This document shows, piece by piece, positions 9,685-18,768 of a stretch of 64,000 bases of DNA. Source of the DNA: an uncultured virus (IMG/VR IMGVR_UViG_3300020379_000594) (Duplodnaviria; Heunggongvirae; Uroviricota; Caudoviricetes); IMG/VR virus record IMGVR_UViG_3300020379_000594; one strand, 5' to 3'. The notes below the pieces were generated by a model. It searched no databases. It saw only the letters and a list, made by a program, of their open reading frames with translations, and was not told where the DNA came from. Each line of letters starts with the position of its first letter. Positions within the stretch are counted from its first letter, which is position 1. The translations under genes and the position numbers were made by a program.

Positions 9685-11487
9685 ATGACACAATGGATTG
9701 CTGCAATCGCTAGAGGTCACAACTCTGGTGTATGCCTACTGAAAGATGGACAATTAGTTTTCTCTATTGAAGAAGAGAGATTATCAAGAAAGAAATATGA
9801 TGGAGGTCCTTTTGCCTCCATGATTAAGATATTGGATTATACCGATACACTTGATTATCTTGTAGTTGCACACACGCAACCTTTAGATGAAGCTGGGAGA
9901 AATGACTTTACAGGAGAACCTGTCTACGTTGCTCTTGCAAGAAAACTAGGTCTCATTGATCGTAATGCAGATGTTTACAAACATCCTCAAGTTGTAGATT
10001 ACAGTCATATTCACCACAAACTTCACGCTTCTTGTGCTTTCTATAGATCTGGATTTAAGAGTGCAGTATCCGTTATAGTAGACGGTGCAGGGACATTCAT
10101 TCCTATGCAGATTGATGGTGAACAGGAAATGACATGGGAGTTGGAAACTATTATTAATTGTGCCTATCCCGATAAATTCAAAACTCTATACAAACATCAG
10201 GGAGGTAGAGGTCCTTGGGGTGCTGCAAAAATACCTAATTTCCCATCTGAAAGAGAAGATGAAGAAGGCACTCATGAATTGATTATAGATGACTCTGCTG
10301 GAATTGTTAAGGCATACGAAGCAGTAACACAATACTGTGGATGGGCTCCGATTGAAGCTGGAAAAACTATGGGACTATTCCCATATGGTCAACAGAATTT
10401 AAAGATACCAGATATCTACACCGACTATGATGGTATGAGTGATTGGACTACTACCAATAGAGATCTTATTGTACCCACCTATCCTAATGGAGCAATAGTA
10501 AACAAAGGTAGATTTACAGAATTGAGAGAACCTCAAGATCCAAGCACAGTAAAAGATATTACGAAGTTAGATAATCGTAGAGATATGGCTTATGCGATTC
10601 AAGTAGAATCAGAACAGATGGTTCTGGATTTGATTCGTAAGGCAGTTAAGATGAGTGGTGAAAAGAATGTTGTTCTCTCTGGTGGATATGGATTGAACTG
10701 TGTTGCAAACTATTGGTATCTTGAACAATTAAAAGGTGAAGGTATTAATCTATTTGTGGAACCAGTAAGTAATGATGCTGGAACTGCAATCGGTGCTGCA
10801 TACTGGCACTATCATAAAGTGACACAAGATAAGGAGGTAAAACCCATCATTACCGATCTATATTATGGACCTAAGTATGAATACGATACAGAATATATTA
10901 CAGATCTTGCTAACTATTATGATGCAACTAGAATCTTTGAGGCAACGGATGAAGACGTAGTTGATTTGATTATGAAGAAAAATATTGTTGCAATGTTCCA
11001 AGGTAAGTCAGAAGCAGGTCCTCGTGCATTGGGTAATAGATCAATCATGTATGATCCTAGAGATCCAGATGGTAAAGATCATGTCAATACTATCAAACGT
11101 CGTGAATACTTCAGACCTTTTGCTGGTTCTATTCTCAAAGAACATGTTCATGAATGGTTCGATCTTCGTGGTATGGATGAAACTCCATTCATGATGTATG
11201 CAGTTAAATGTCAGGACGGAATCAAAGAAAAGATTCCAGCAATTATTCATGTTGATGATACATGTAGAATACAGACTGTTACCAAAGAAGTAAATCCAAA
11301 TTACTATAATGTAATCAATACCTTCTACGAGAAGACAGGATGCCCTATTATCTTCAACACATCGTTCAACTTAGGCGGAGAACCTCTTGTGGAGACCCTA
11401 GACGACGCTCTAAGGACTCTTGCAAACAGTTTGATAGAATACCTCTATCTGCCTGAATATGGTCTCATGATCGAAGTAAAGAACTGA
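9685..11487 (+). CDS. O-carbamoyltransferase (NodU/CmcH/TobZ family)
   Basis: EEERLSRKK, HHKLHA, DGAG, GKTMGL, SGGYGLNC, DAGTAIGAA, EAGPRALGNRS, KRREYFRPFA, HVDDTCRIQTV, NTSFNLGGEP. Confidence 0.92.
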   Translation: MTQWIAAIARGHNSGVCLLKDGQLVFSIEEERLSRKKYDGGPFASMIKILDYTDTLDYLVVAHTQPLDEAGRNDFTGEPVYVALARKLGLIDRNADVYKHPQVVDYSHIHHKLHASCAFYRSGFKSAVSVIVDGAGTFIPMQIDGEQEMTWELETIINCAYPDKFKTLYKHQGGRGPWGAAKIPNFPSEREDEEGTHELIIDDSAGIVKAYEAVTQYCGWAPIEAGKTMGLFPYGQQNLKIPDIYTDYDGMSDWTTTNRDLIVPTYPNGAIVNKGRFTELREPQDPSTVKDITKLDNRRDMAYAIQVESEQMVLDLIRKAVKMSGEKNVVLSGGYGLNCVANYWYLEQLKGEGINLFVEPVSNDAGTAIGAAYWHYHKVTQDKEVKPIITDLYYGPKYEYDTEYITDLANYYDATRIFEATDEDVVDLIMKKNIVAMFQGKSEAGPRALGNRSIMYDPRDPDGKDHVNTIKRREYFRPFAGSILKEHVHEWFDLRGMDETPFMMYAVKCQDGIKEKIPAIIHVDDTCRIQTVTKEVNPNYYNVINTFYEKTGCPIIFNTSFNLGGEPLVETLDDALRTLANSLIEYLYLPEYGLMIEVKN

Positions 11488-11954
11488 TGAGGGAAATAAA
11501 AGAATACGCATACCCATATCAAGAAGATAACACTGAATTAATGGGGGCGATTCTTAATGTTACTTCTCCTATAGCAGAGAGTTATGCAGAAAGATCTGAG
11601 AATTGTCACATAGCAAAAGGAATCGAAAGTTCACTATCAGTTCAAAGATTTATAAAGTGGATAGAAGAGACAACAGATACTATATTAGAAGACATATGGG
11701 GAGTTTGGTATTATGATGGTGGTGGTATAAAATGGCACTCACATGGGGGAGATTTTAGATACTCATTTGTTTATTACATACAGGTGCCAGAAAATAGTTC
11801 ATCAATAATTTTTGCTGAAGATCCAATGAAAGGTAAACAGACTACAATGTATCCTAACCAAGGTATTTGTATGATATGGGATAACGATCTCCCACATTGC
11901 GTCCCTCCTAGTAATCATAATGGTAGATGCGTATTATCAGGTAACTTAATATGA
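11487..11954 (+). CDS. Putative 2OG-Fe(II) oxygenase (cyanophage HxH type)
   Basis: W...WHSHG...SFVYY...H.VP...R.VLSGN pattern. Confidence 0.6.
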   Translation: MREIKEYAYPYQEDNTELMGAILNVTSPIAESYAERSENCHIAKGIESSLSVQRFIKWIEETTDTILEDIWGVWYYDGGGIKWHSHGGDFRYSFVYYIQVPENSSSIIFAEDPMKGKQTTMYPNQGICMIWDNDLPHCVPPSNHNGRCVLSGNLI

Positions 11955-13438
11955 AAAGAATTAAAAGATTAGTTATTGTTGGCGGCGGAACTGCTGGATG
12001 GATTACTGCATCTTGGTTTGCTCGTAGATGGGCAAATCATTTTGAGGTTGTAATTATTGATAAGTCCGAACCAGAAAGAATTGGTGTGGGGGAAGCAACT
12101 CTTCTTAGTTTCCCAAATGTCATGAAGATGATGGGATACAAACCTACAGATTGGTTGAAAGAAGTAGATGCAACATTTAAGTCTGGTATTCTATTTCCTG
12201 GCTGGGGACATGAAGATGCAGAAATTTGGCATCCATTTTCGTTCACAAGCGTAGGTGAATCAAAAACACCTTTGTATGATATATGGCAGTCATTTCAAGA
12301 AAAATATGATCTGAAAGATATCTCACCAATGTATAATTCTTCTTTGAAGAATAAGATTGAGACCAATTATGTACATGATTCCTATGCCTTTCAAATTGAC
12401 TGTGGAAAGTTAGTACAATTTTTAATGAGACATACTACACCTTATTGCAAATATATCCAATCTGATGTGGTAGATATCTACAGAGATGGCAATGCTGATG
12501 ATATAACAAGGTCAAATATAAAAGAACTGGTGTTAGATGATGGATCAAAAATTACTGGAGATATATTCATAGATTGCACTGGTTGGAAACAACTTCTTAT
12601 TGGTCAACATAATGTCGATCTAAGTGACAGATTGTATATCAATGCAGCTCTTGCTGGTAGAGTAAAGTATGAAGATTATAGAAAAGAACAACATCCATAT
12701 ACTGCTTGCCCTGCACAAGAACATGGTTGGATTTGGAAGATTCCTACAAGATCCAGAATAGGAACAGGATACTGTTTCAATAGAGATATCAATGATCCAG
12801 ATGAAGTAAGACAAGCGTTCTCTGATCATTGGGATGGTAGAATCAAACCAGATGAAATGAGATTACTTGATTGGAAACCACAATATGCCAAGAATTTTTG
12901 GGTTGGTAATGTAATTCCTATTGGATTATCTGCTGGATTCATTGAACCATTGGAAAGTACAGGACTCGCACTGATGATTAGAGGTGTGGAGTATCTCGAA
13001 GAAAGTCTTTTTGGTGGATACTTTGATTCTAAAGTAGAGGCACCTTTCTATGATTCTAAGATGAAATGTAGTTATGAAAGTGCAGTAGATTATGTCAATA
13101 TGCACTATTCTTACTGCCGTAGAACAGGTAAATTCTGGGATTATGTTAGATCTAAATATAAGAAATCATCAATGCAAGAATTGATGGAGGAGTATATTCA
13201 AGATCCCAATATAAGAACTCCTCAAACAGGAAAGGTAGGATCATTCTTTGATGGCACTAACTGGCATGTATGGTTGTTACAGTTGATGACAGATAAGATT
13301 AACTCCAAAGAGTATTGGAAAAAAGACCTAACCGTAGTCCCAAGATTTCTCAATTTTGTAAATAACGATTTGCGTGAGAATCAAGCAAACTCTGTTATTC
13401 AGAGTCAATATATCACACATTTAGATACATTAGAATGA
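11951..13438 (+). CDS. Flavin-dependent (tryptophan-halogenase family) halogenase
   Basis: GGGTAG FAD motif, IGVGEAT, DATFKSGI (catalytic Lys), FIDCTG, WIWKIP, FIEPLESTG. Confidence 0.9.
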   Translation: MKRIKRLVIVGGGTAGWITASWFARRWANHFEVVIIDKSEPERIGVGEATLLSFPNVMKMMGYKPTDWLKEVDATFKSGILFPGWGHEDAEIWHPFSFTSVGESKTPLYDIWQSFQEKYDLKDISPMYNSSLKNKIETNYVHDSYAFQIDCGKLVQFLMRHTTPYCKYIQSDVVDIYRDGNADDITRSNIKELVLDDGSKITGDIFIDCTGWKQLLIGQHNVDLSDRLYINAALAGRVKYEDYRKEQHPYTACPAQEHGWIWKIPTRSRIGTGYCFNRDINDPDEVRQAFSDHWDGRIKPDEMRLLDWKPQYAKNFWVGNVIPIGLSAGFIEPLESTGLALMIRGVEYLEESLFGGYFDSKVEAPFYDSKMKCSYESAVDYVNMHYSYCRRTGKFWDYVRSKYKKSSMQELMEEYIQDPNIRTPQTGKVGSFFDGTNWHVWLLQLMTDKINSKEYWKKDLTVVPRFLNFVNNDLRENQANSVIQSQYITHLDTLE

Positions 13439-13842
13439 ATAAAATAGTATGGTGCAATGGAACCTTCGACATCTTGCATCCAGGCCACATTGAATTATTT
13501 AAAGTCGGCAAATCTTTGGGAGACAAACTTATTGTAGCAACAGATACGGATGAGAAGATACGTCAAGATAAGGGTGAAACTAAGCCCATCAATAACCTTT
13601 GTGACAGAATTTCGATGTTACAAGCGATAAAATATATTGATGAAGTTTTTTACTTCAACGATAGATCAGAATTGGAGGGGTTGATAGAATTATACTCTCC
13701 TGATATACTATTGTTAGGAGATGACTGGAAAGGTGGAGATGTAGTTGGCAGACAATTTGCCAAAGAGATAAGGTATCTACCTCGCCTAAATTATTCAACA
13801 ACCGAAATTATCAGAAAAGTAAGGTGCAACAGTTTAACGTAA
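13435..13842 (+). CDS. Nucleotidylyltransferase (HldE/RfaE domain II-like)
   Basis: NGTFDILHPGH (HxGH), KG..KPIN...R, GDDW, YSTT. Confidence 0.8.
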   Translation: MNKIVWCNGTFDILHPGHIELFKVGKSLGDKLIVATDTDEKIRQDKGETKPINNLCDRISMLQAIKYIDEVFYFNDRSELEGLIELYSPDILLLGDDWKGGDVVGRQFAKEIRYLPRLNYSTTEIIRKVRCNSLT

Positions 13843-14663
13843 TTGTTATAGGTGATAAGTGTACTGACAAGTACATCTATGGTGAATGTAGTAGGTTGAG
13901 TCCAGAACAACCTGTACCTGTGTTGGACAAATCTAAGGTTGAAGAAAAGCCTGGAATGGCAGGGAATACTGAGTTAAATCTCAAAGCATTTGGAATCAAT
14001 ACTGTTCTGCTTTCACAAAGAGAACCTATAACCAAAACAAGATTTGTAGATACTAACAGTGGCTATCAGTTATTGCGTTTAGATGAAACTCCAAAGGTGA
14101 GTAGAATTGCAAATGCAGAATTGAAAATGGCGTTGATGCACATGAACCCTGATGCGATTGTTATATCAGATTATGACAAAGGATACATTAACGATGAAGA
14201 TTTGTGGCATCTATGTCACAATTTTAACAGACCTGTGTTCGTGGATACAAAGAAGCGTAGACTTTTCAACAAAGATAATGTATTCTGGAAAATAAACAAG
14301 AAAGAATACGATGACCTTGTACCAGAAAGTGTACCTGACAGCAGTAACCTTATCGTTACTCTTGGGTCTGATGGCGCAATGTGGAATAATACCATATTTA
14401 AACCCGACCCTGTAAAAGTTTTTGACGTATGTGGTGCTGGAGATACATTTCTATCAGCGTTAGTCTATGAATTTTTAAGAACAAAAAATATGCGGAAGGC
14501 CATTGAACTGGCAAATAAAGCCGCTGCAATTACAGTAACTCACCCTGGCGCTTACTATCTGACTAGGAGTGATATTATCTCACTATATGGAGAAGAAAAT
14601 GGAAAAACTGTCGATAGGCAAAGCGGATCTAATGCACCACAGACTGCAAGCGTGGTTGCGTGA
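13824..14663 (+). CDS. PfkB-family heptose-7-phosphate kinase (HldE/RfaE domain I-like)
   Basis: GD...DKYIYG...RLSPEQPVPV, PGMAGN, ISDYDKG, VFDVCGAGDTF. Confidence 0.85.
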   Translation: MQQFNVIVIGDKCTDKYIYGECSRLSPEQPVPVLDKSKVEEKPGMAGNTELNLKAFGINTVLLSQREPITKTRFVDTNSGYQLLRLDETPKVSRIANAELKMALMHMNPDAIVISDYDKGYINDEDLWHLCHNFNRPVFVDTKKRRLFNKDNVFWKINKKEYDDLVPESVPDSSNLIVTLGSDGAMWNNTIFKPDPVKVFDVCGAGDTFLSALVYEFLRTKNMRKAIELANKAAAITVTHPGAYYLTRSDIISLYGEENGKTVDRQSGSNAPQTASVVA

Positions 14664-14811
14664 ACATAGTTGTCCTGATATTGAATACTTGGGAGAAGAA
14701 GAAGATAAGGATGGAGAGTTGAAACACCTCTATCGTATCGGAGAGCATAAAGTATTTCATGATCAAGTTCATGAATTAGAAATGGAAGTCATAGATGAAG
14801 ACGAAGATTGA
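14599..14811 (+). CDS. Hypothetical protein
   Basis: Short acidic ORF with a GGAGAAG SD before the ATG at 14599; overlaps both neighbours. Confidence 0.5.
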   Translation: MEKLSIGKADLMHHRLQAWLREHSCPDIEYLGEEEDKDGELKHLYRIGEHKVFHDQVHELEMEVIDEDED

Positions 14812-15502
14812 ATATATTTTTAGAGTAGATGGATCTGATATCTTCTACACGCCAGAAACAAATGGTGGTGGAGATTACTTCTTTCCAGAATATCTAAACT
14901 TAGTTCTAGAAAACTATGGCAGAGTTCATCATCTCATGGAATGGTGTAGTGGACCTGGATTTATAGGTTATGGAATGATGGCAGCTAATGTTTGCGATCA
15001 ACTAACTTTGTTGGATAAATTTGAACCAGCAGTAGAGATAGCAAAGAAGACTGCTGAGAATTCATTTATAAAACATGGATTAGATCTTATAGATGTAGAA
15101 ACTGTATATCACAGAAGAGTCTTTCCTCGTACAACAATATATCATTCTGATACTTGTTCGGTGTTATCTGATCACAAAATAGATCTAGTTGTAGGCAATC
15201 CTCCCCATTTTGAGTGTAAAGAAGATGCAATAAAAGCTTTGAGTAAGTTAGGTGGGACACCCCTGTTTGATAATCACCTGTCAGAAATTTTGTTAGATGC
15301 AAATTGGGATGCTCATAGAGATATGTTTAATGAACTATCGACAAGACTCTCAGATAATGGTACAATATGTTTACAACTTCACTCAGGTGGATCTAGTGCT
15401 GATACATTTAGATCAATGGTTGAGGAAGCTGGCTTGAGAATTACTGCAACCTTCAATAGTGTTCAGTATGATGACATTTATTACATGGAGGTCAAGAAAT
15501 GA
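14795..15502 (+). CDS. SAM-dependent methyltransferase (NPP motif, HemK/N-MTase-like)
   Basis: EWCSGPGFIG motif I; DLVVGNPPHF motif IV. Confidence 0.75.
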   Translation: MKTKIEYIFRVDGSDIFYTPETNGGGDYFFPEYLNLVLENYGRVHHLMEWCSGPGFIGYGMMAANVCDQLTLLDKFEPAVEIAKKTAENSFIKHGLDLIDVETVYHRRVFPRTTIYHSDTCSVLSDHKIDLVVGNPPHFECKEDAIKALSKLGGTPLFDNHLSEILLDANWDAHRDMFNELSTRLSDNGTICLQLHSGGSSADTFRSMVEEAGLRITATFNSVQYDDIYYMEVKK

Positions 15503-15834
15503 GGTACTGCTTTGATATTGATAATACTATCTGCACACCCACATTGGGTAGGGATTACTCCAAAGCACAATCATGGCCAGCTCGTATTGCCGTCATAAAT
15601 AAATTATATGATGAGGGTAATCATATCACTTATTTCAGTGCCCGTGGTATGGGTAGATTTGGTGATGATCCAGATGCAAGTGTAAAAGCATCTGCTTTAT
15701 TGTTTGACCTCACAGAACAACAACTTAAGAGTTGGGGATGTAGATATCACTCTCTGATTCTAGGTAAACCACATGCAGATTATTTTATAGATGACAAGGG
15801 GGTGAACGCAAATGAGTTCTTTGGGACCAAGTAG
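15499..15834 (+). CDS. Small HAD-family phosphatase
   Basis: FDIDNTI (DxD), SARG, GKP..DYFIDDK. Confidence 0.8.
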   Translation: MRYCFDIDNTICTPTLGRDYSKAQSWPARIAVINKLYDEGNHITYFSARGMGRFGDDPDASVKASALLFDLTEQQLKSWGCRYHSLILGKPHADYFIDDKGVNANEFFGTK

Positions 15835-16213
15835 AAGACCTCGTAATGCCCGTGCAGCAGAACCAGTAAAATATGTCGCAAAAGGTTGGGGATTTGAAAA
15901 ATGGATCGCCAACTGTGAAAAGTATTGTGGCAAATTATTGTACATTGTAAAAGGAAAACAATGTTCATGGCACTATCATAAATTAAAAGACGAAGTATTT
16001 TTTGTTCAGAGTGGAAAGATAAAAATATATTACGGATGGGATGATGATATCGAGAAAGCAGAAACTATGATCCTCAGAAGAGGTGATAAATTTCATGTAC
16101 CTATTGGACTAAAACATAGAATGTATGCTTTGGAAGATACGGAACTATTTGAGTTCAGTACAGAACATATGGATTCTGATTCACATAGAATTTTAGCTGG
16201 CGATCTTATATGA
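15812..16213 (+). CDS. Cupin, sugar-phosphate isomerase-like
   Basis: KGWGFEKW, SWHYHKLKDEVF (HxH...E), GLKHRM, FEFST. Confidence 0.7.
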   Translation: MSSLGPSRRPRNARAAEPVKYVAKGWGFEKWIANCEKYCGKLLYIVKGKQCSWHYHKLKDEVFFVQSGKIKIYYGWDDDIEKAETMILRRGDKFHVPIGLKHRMYALEDTELFEFSTEHMDSDSHRILAGDLI

Positions 16214-16815
16214 TAGAGAACATTACCGACATGATATATGTTGAAAGAGATGTTCTATCTCAAGATCAGTGTGATGAATTAATAAAATATTTTTGGGACA
16301 ACACACAGTTACATGATGATGGCAAAGTAGAACATTTTATTGATGGTGAATATAAAGGTAAGTTAGTAAACAAGGATCATAAAAATTGTACTCAATTTCA
16401 GTTTGAACCTAACCATAAGTATGCAAACTTGATGACACAAGTTATTCAAGACGCATACATGAACTATAGATGCGAACTACCAGTATTACCAGCATCAGAT
16501 CTTGCAATATTAGATTATACAATCAGAGTGTATCCAAAGGGAGAAGGTATATTTAAAACTCATGTAGATCAACTAGATGGAGGAACTATATCTAGATTAT
16601 TTGCCTGCATCATATATCTAAATGATGTGGATGAGGGAGGAGAAACATTCTTTCCTGATTGGAATATTGGATGTAGATGTGAAAGAGGCAAAATACTTAT
16701 ATTCCCCTGTAACTGGATGTTCCCACACGGATCTAATATTAATATATCTCACGACAAGTATATACTAACTGCTTTTATAAATCTAAACTACGATATGCCC
16801 ATGTACAATGATTGA
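16210..16815 (+). CDS. 2OG-Fe(II) oxygenase (prolyl-4-hydroxylase-like)
   Basis: HVD...YLNDVDEGGETFF...IFP..WMFPH...KYI. Confidence 0.85.
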   Translation: MIENITDMIYVERDVLSQDQCDELIKYFWDNTQLHDDGKVEHFIDGEYKGKLVNKDHKNCTQFQFEPNHKYANLMTQVIQDAYMNYRCELPVLPASDLAILDYTIRVYPKGEGIFKTHVDQLDGGTISRLFACIIYLNDVDEGGETFFPDWNIGCRCERGKILIFPCNWMFPHGSNINISHDKYILTAFINLNYDMPMYND

Positions 16816-17266
16816 TATTGTAGATTATCCTGATTTATCTCTGAACAAAGAACTGAGATCATGGATAGATTTTTTGCCTAATGACACAGATGAATTTACT
16901 AATCTTGCAGTAGAAAAACATACAGGATACAATACATACCCTAAACCTTTTATTAAGTTAAAAGATTGGGTTGTAGAAAAATTAGAATTAGATTCAGATA
17001 AAATAGAATATCAATTATGGGGTGCTGTATATAATTACGGTGATTTTGCTTACGAACATAGACATGGCAAAAGTGAGTATTCATTTGTTTACTATGTTTC
17101 TACTCCGCCAGGCAGTTCTCCTTTAAACTTTGATGGATATATTATTCAACCACATGAAGGAATGTGTGTCATTTTTCAAGATGAACTACATTCTGTGCCA
17201 GAAAATGAATGTGATGGTAGAGTAGTTGTTGCTGGTAATTTAAGATATTCGGATACTGATTTATAA
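16808..17266 (+). CDS. Putative 2OG-Fe(II) oxygenase (HxH type)
   Basis: WGAVY...HRH...SFVYYV...HSVP...RVVVAGN; paralogue of 11487-11954. Confidence 0.65.
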   Translation: MIDIVDYPDLSLNKELRSWIDFLPNDTDEFTNLAVEKHTGYNTYPKPFIKLKDWVVEKLELDSDKIEYQLWGAVYNYGDFAYEHRHGKSEYSFVYYVSTPPGSSPLNFDGYIIQPHEGMCVIFQDELHSVPENECDGRVVVAGNLRYSDTDL

Positions 17267-18045
17267 TCATGTTGATACCATGAGGTATCTGCACATGTAT
17301 ATTCTTGATACTTACCTTCTAGATGTTTGGGGAAGGGGATTACTTCAATCTCCGCCCCTTCTTTTTTGGCAATCAATTCTGCAACCTCTTGGAAAGAGAT
17401 AGGATTGCCAGTCCCAACATCATAGATGCCGCTCCCTGCCGTATTATCTAGGACAACATCTACCACATCATCTACACATACAAAATCTCTAAAGGCATAT
17501 TCTGAGTCTTCAAAGAGTTTGATTATATCATCCTCTTTTGCTTGTTTGGTAAACTTACTTATAGGACTTGCTTGATCTCCTTTATGTTCTTCACCTTCTC
17601 CATACACGTTGAAGTATCTAAATCCTTGTATCAATTCAAACTCATCTATGTGATCTAGAACCCAATAATCTACAGTTGCTTTGCTCAGTGCATAGAAATT
17701 TAAGGGATTGATAGTTCCTTTTAAGTATCCAAAGTCAGCATGTATCTTACCATAGACAGATGCACTTGAGGCATATTTGACTGGAATAGAGTGTTCTATT
17801 GCTTTTTCAAATAGTTTGATTGAAAACTCTACGTTGTATTTGTGAATCTTACTTACGTCTGTCTCAGTTGTACTTGATATTGCTCCTTGATGAAGGATGT
17901 AATCTACCTCATCCCACTTATCATACTGATTCAAGAACTCAAAAGCATGTGATTGTTCTACTTGATATAAATTTTCACCTCCAATTCTTTTTGCAAATGC
18001 TTTACCTATAAACCCATTTGATCCTGTAAGAATAATATTGTGCAT
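17176..18045 (-). CDS. hldD: ADP-L-glycero-D-manno-heptose 6-epimerase
   Basis: TGSNGFIG, HQGAISSTTE, YASSASVYG, PLNFYALSK, RYFNVYG..E.HKG, RDFVCVDDV, KYQEYTCAD. Confidence 0.85.
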   Translation of the reverse strand: MHNIILTGSNGFIGKAFAKRIGGENLYQVEQSHAFEFLNQYDKWDEVDYILHQGAISSTTETDVSKIHKYNVEFSIKLFEKAIEHSIPVKYASSASVYGKIHADFGYLKGTINPLNFYALSKATVDYWVLDHIDEFELIQGFRYFNVYGEGEEHKGDQASPISKFTKQAKEDDIIKLFEDSEYAFRDFVCVDDVVDVVLDNTAGSGIYDVGTGNPISFQEVAELIAKKEGAEIEVIPFPKHLEGKYQEYTCADTSWYQHDYKSVSEYLKLPATTTLPSHSFSGTECSSS

Positions 18046-18731
18046 TATGTTAGTGGTATAAAAAATACTTGAGTTAATCTGTATATGTCGTCAGTGAAGA
18101 ATCCTTCCTTATCATAAGGGGCATGAAGAACATTTGATGGATACATTACCATTCTGTTATATTTCATCTCAGCAAGGTGTATCAGATCCCATGGACCTAC
18201 ACTATCTGAAACATGTTCCTCTTGCCATATTCCATCTTGTCTAGGATTAACTTGTTGTCCTTTATATGTATAAAACCCAGTGCCACCCTTACATTCTTTG
18301 GGTTTGTTGAGATACACGACACCAGCCCATCCCCTGTCCGATACATCTGATAAATCTATATGTGGTTTTTTTCTTCTATAATGAGACTGAGTAACATTGA
18401 CTGAAAAGGAGACGTTCATACATGACATTTCAAATGCCTTTCTATCTTTCTGTTCTAATCCATACACGTTCTCTGCTATTTCAAGCCATATTTCGTGCAT
18501 ATGATCAAGATTCATATTCATATCTACTCTCTCGCCAGGAACTCCACCCAGTATTCTGGGACATTTGGTGCCTGGTGTTCTTAATGCCAGATTCCTTACC
18601 TTGTCTGGATTCTTGTAGAAGTTATCAATGTAAACTACAGGGAACTCCTCCCATCCCATGAGTTCTACAGTTGCGTCTACAGGGGTGTTGATAGCGAAGG
18701 TTTCCGCTTCATCGATAAAATACTTTTTCAC
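18045..18731 (-). CDS. DUF6445-like / 2OG-Fe(II) oxygenase-fold protein, paralogue of 7716-8375
   Basis: IDNFYKNPDKVR, PHID, WAGVVYLN, GGTGFY, MKYNRMVMY...LH, RLTQVFF. Confidence 0.6.
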   Translation of the reverse strand: MKKYFIDEAETFAINTPVDATVELMGWEEFPVVYIDNFYKNPDKVRNLALRTPGTKCPRILGGVPGERVDMNMNLDHMHEIWLEIAENVYGLEQKDRKAFEMSCMNVSFSVNVTQSHYRRKKPHIDLSDVSDRGWAGVVYLNKPKECKGGTGFYTYKGQQVNPRQDGIWQEEHVSDSVGPWDLIHLAEMKYNRMVMYPSNVLHAPYDKEGFFTDDIYRLTQVFFIPLT

Positions 18732-18734
18732 TTA

Positions 18735-18742
18735 ACTAAATA
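18735..18742 (+). promoter_or_regulatory. Late promoter variant upstream of gp13
   Basis: ACTAAATA. Similar NNTAAATA boxes precede gp15 (21872), gp18 (25576), gp19 (28058), gp22 (31609), gp3 (34899) and the last ORF (63662). Confidence 0.55.
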
Positions 18743-18768
18743 CTTCGGAGAACTTATGAATAGAGGGA

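Noticed and set aside
14795..15502. This methyltransferase as the cause of the CCWGG bias
   Set aside because: It lacks the C5-MTase PC/ENV motifs and an evident DNA target-recognition region; it cannot be linked from sequence alone
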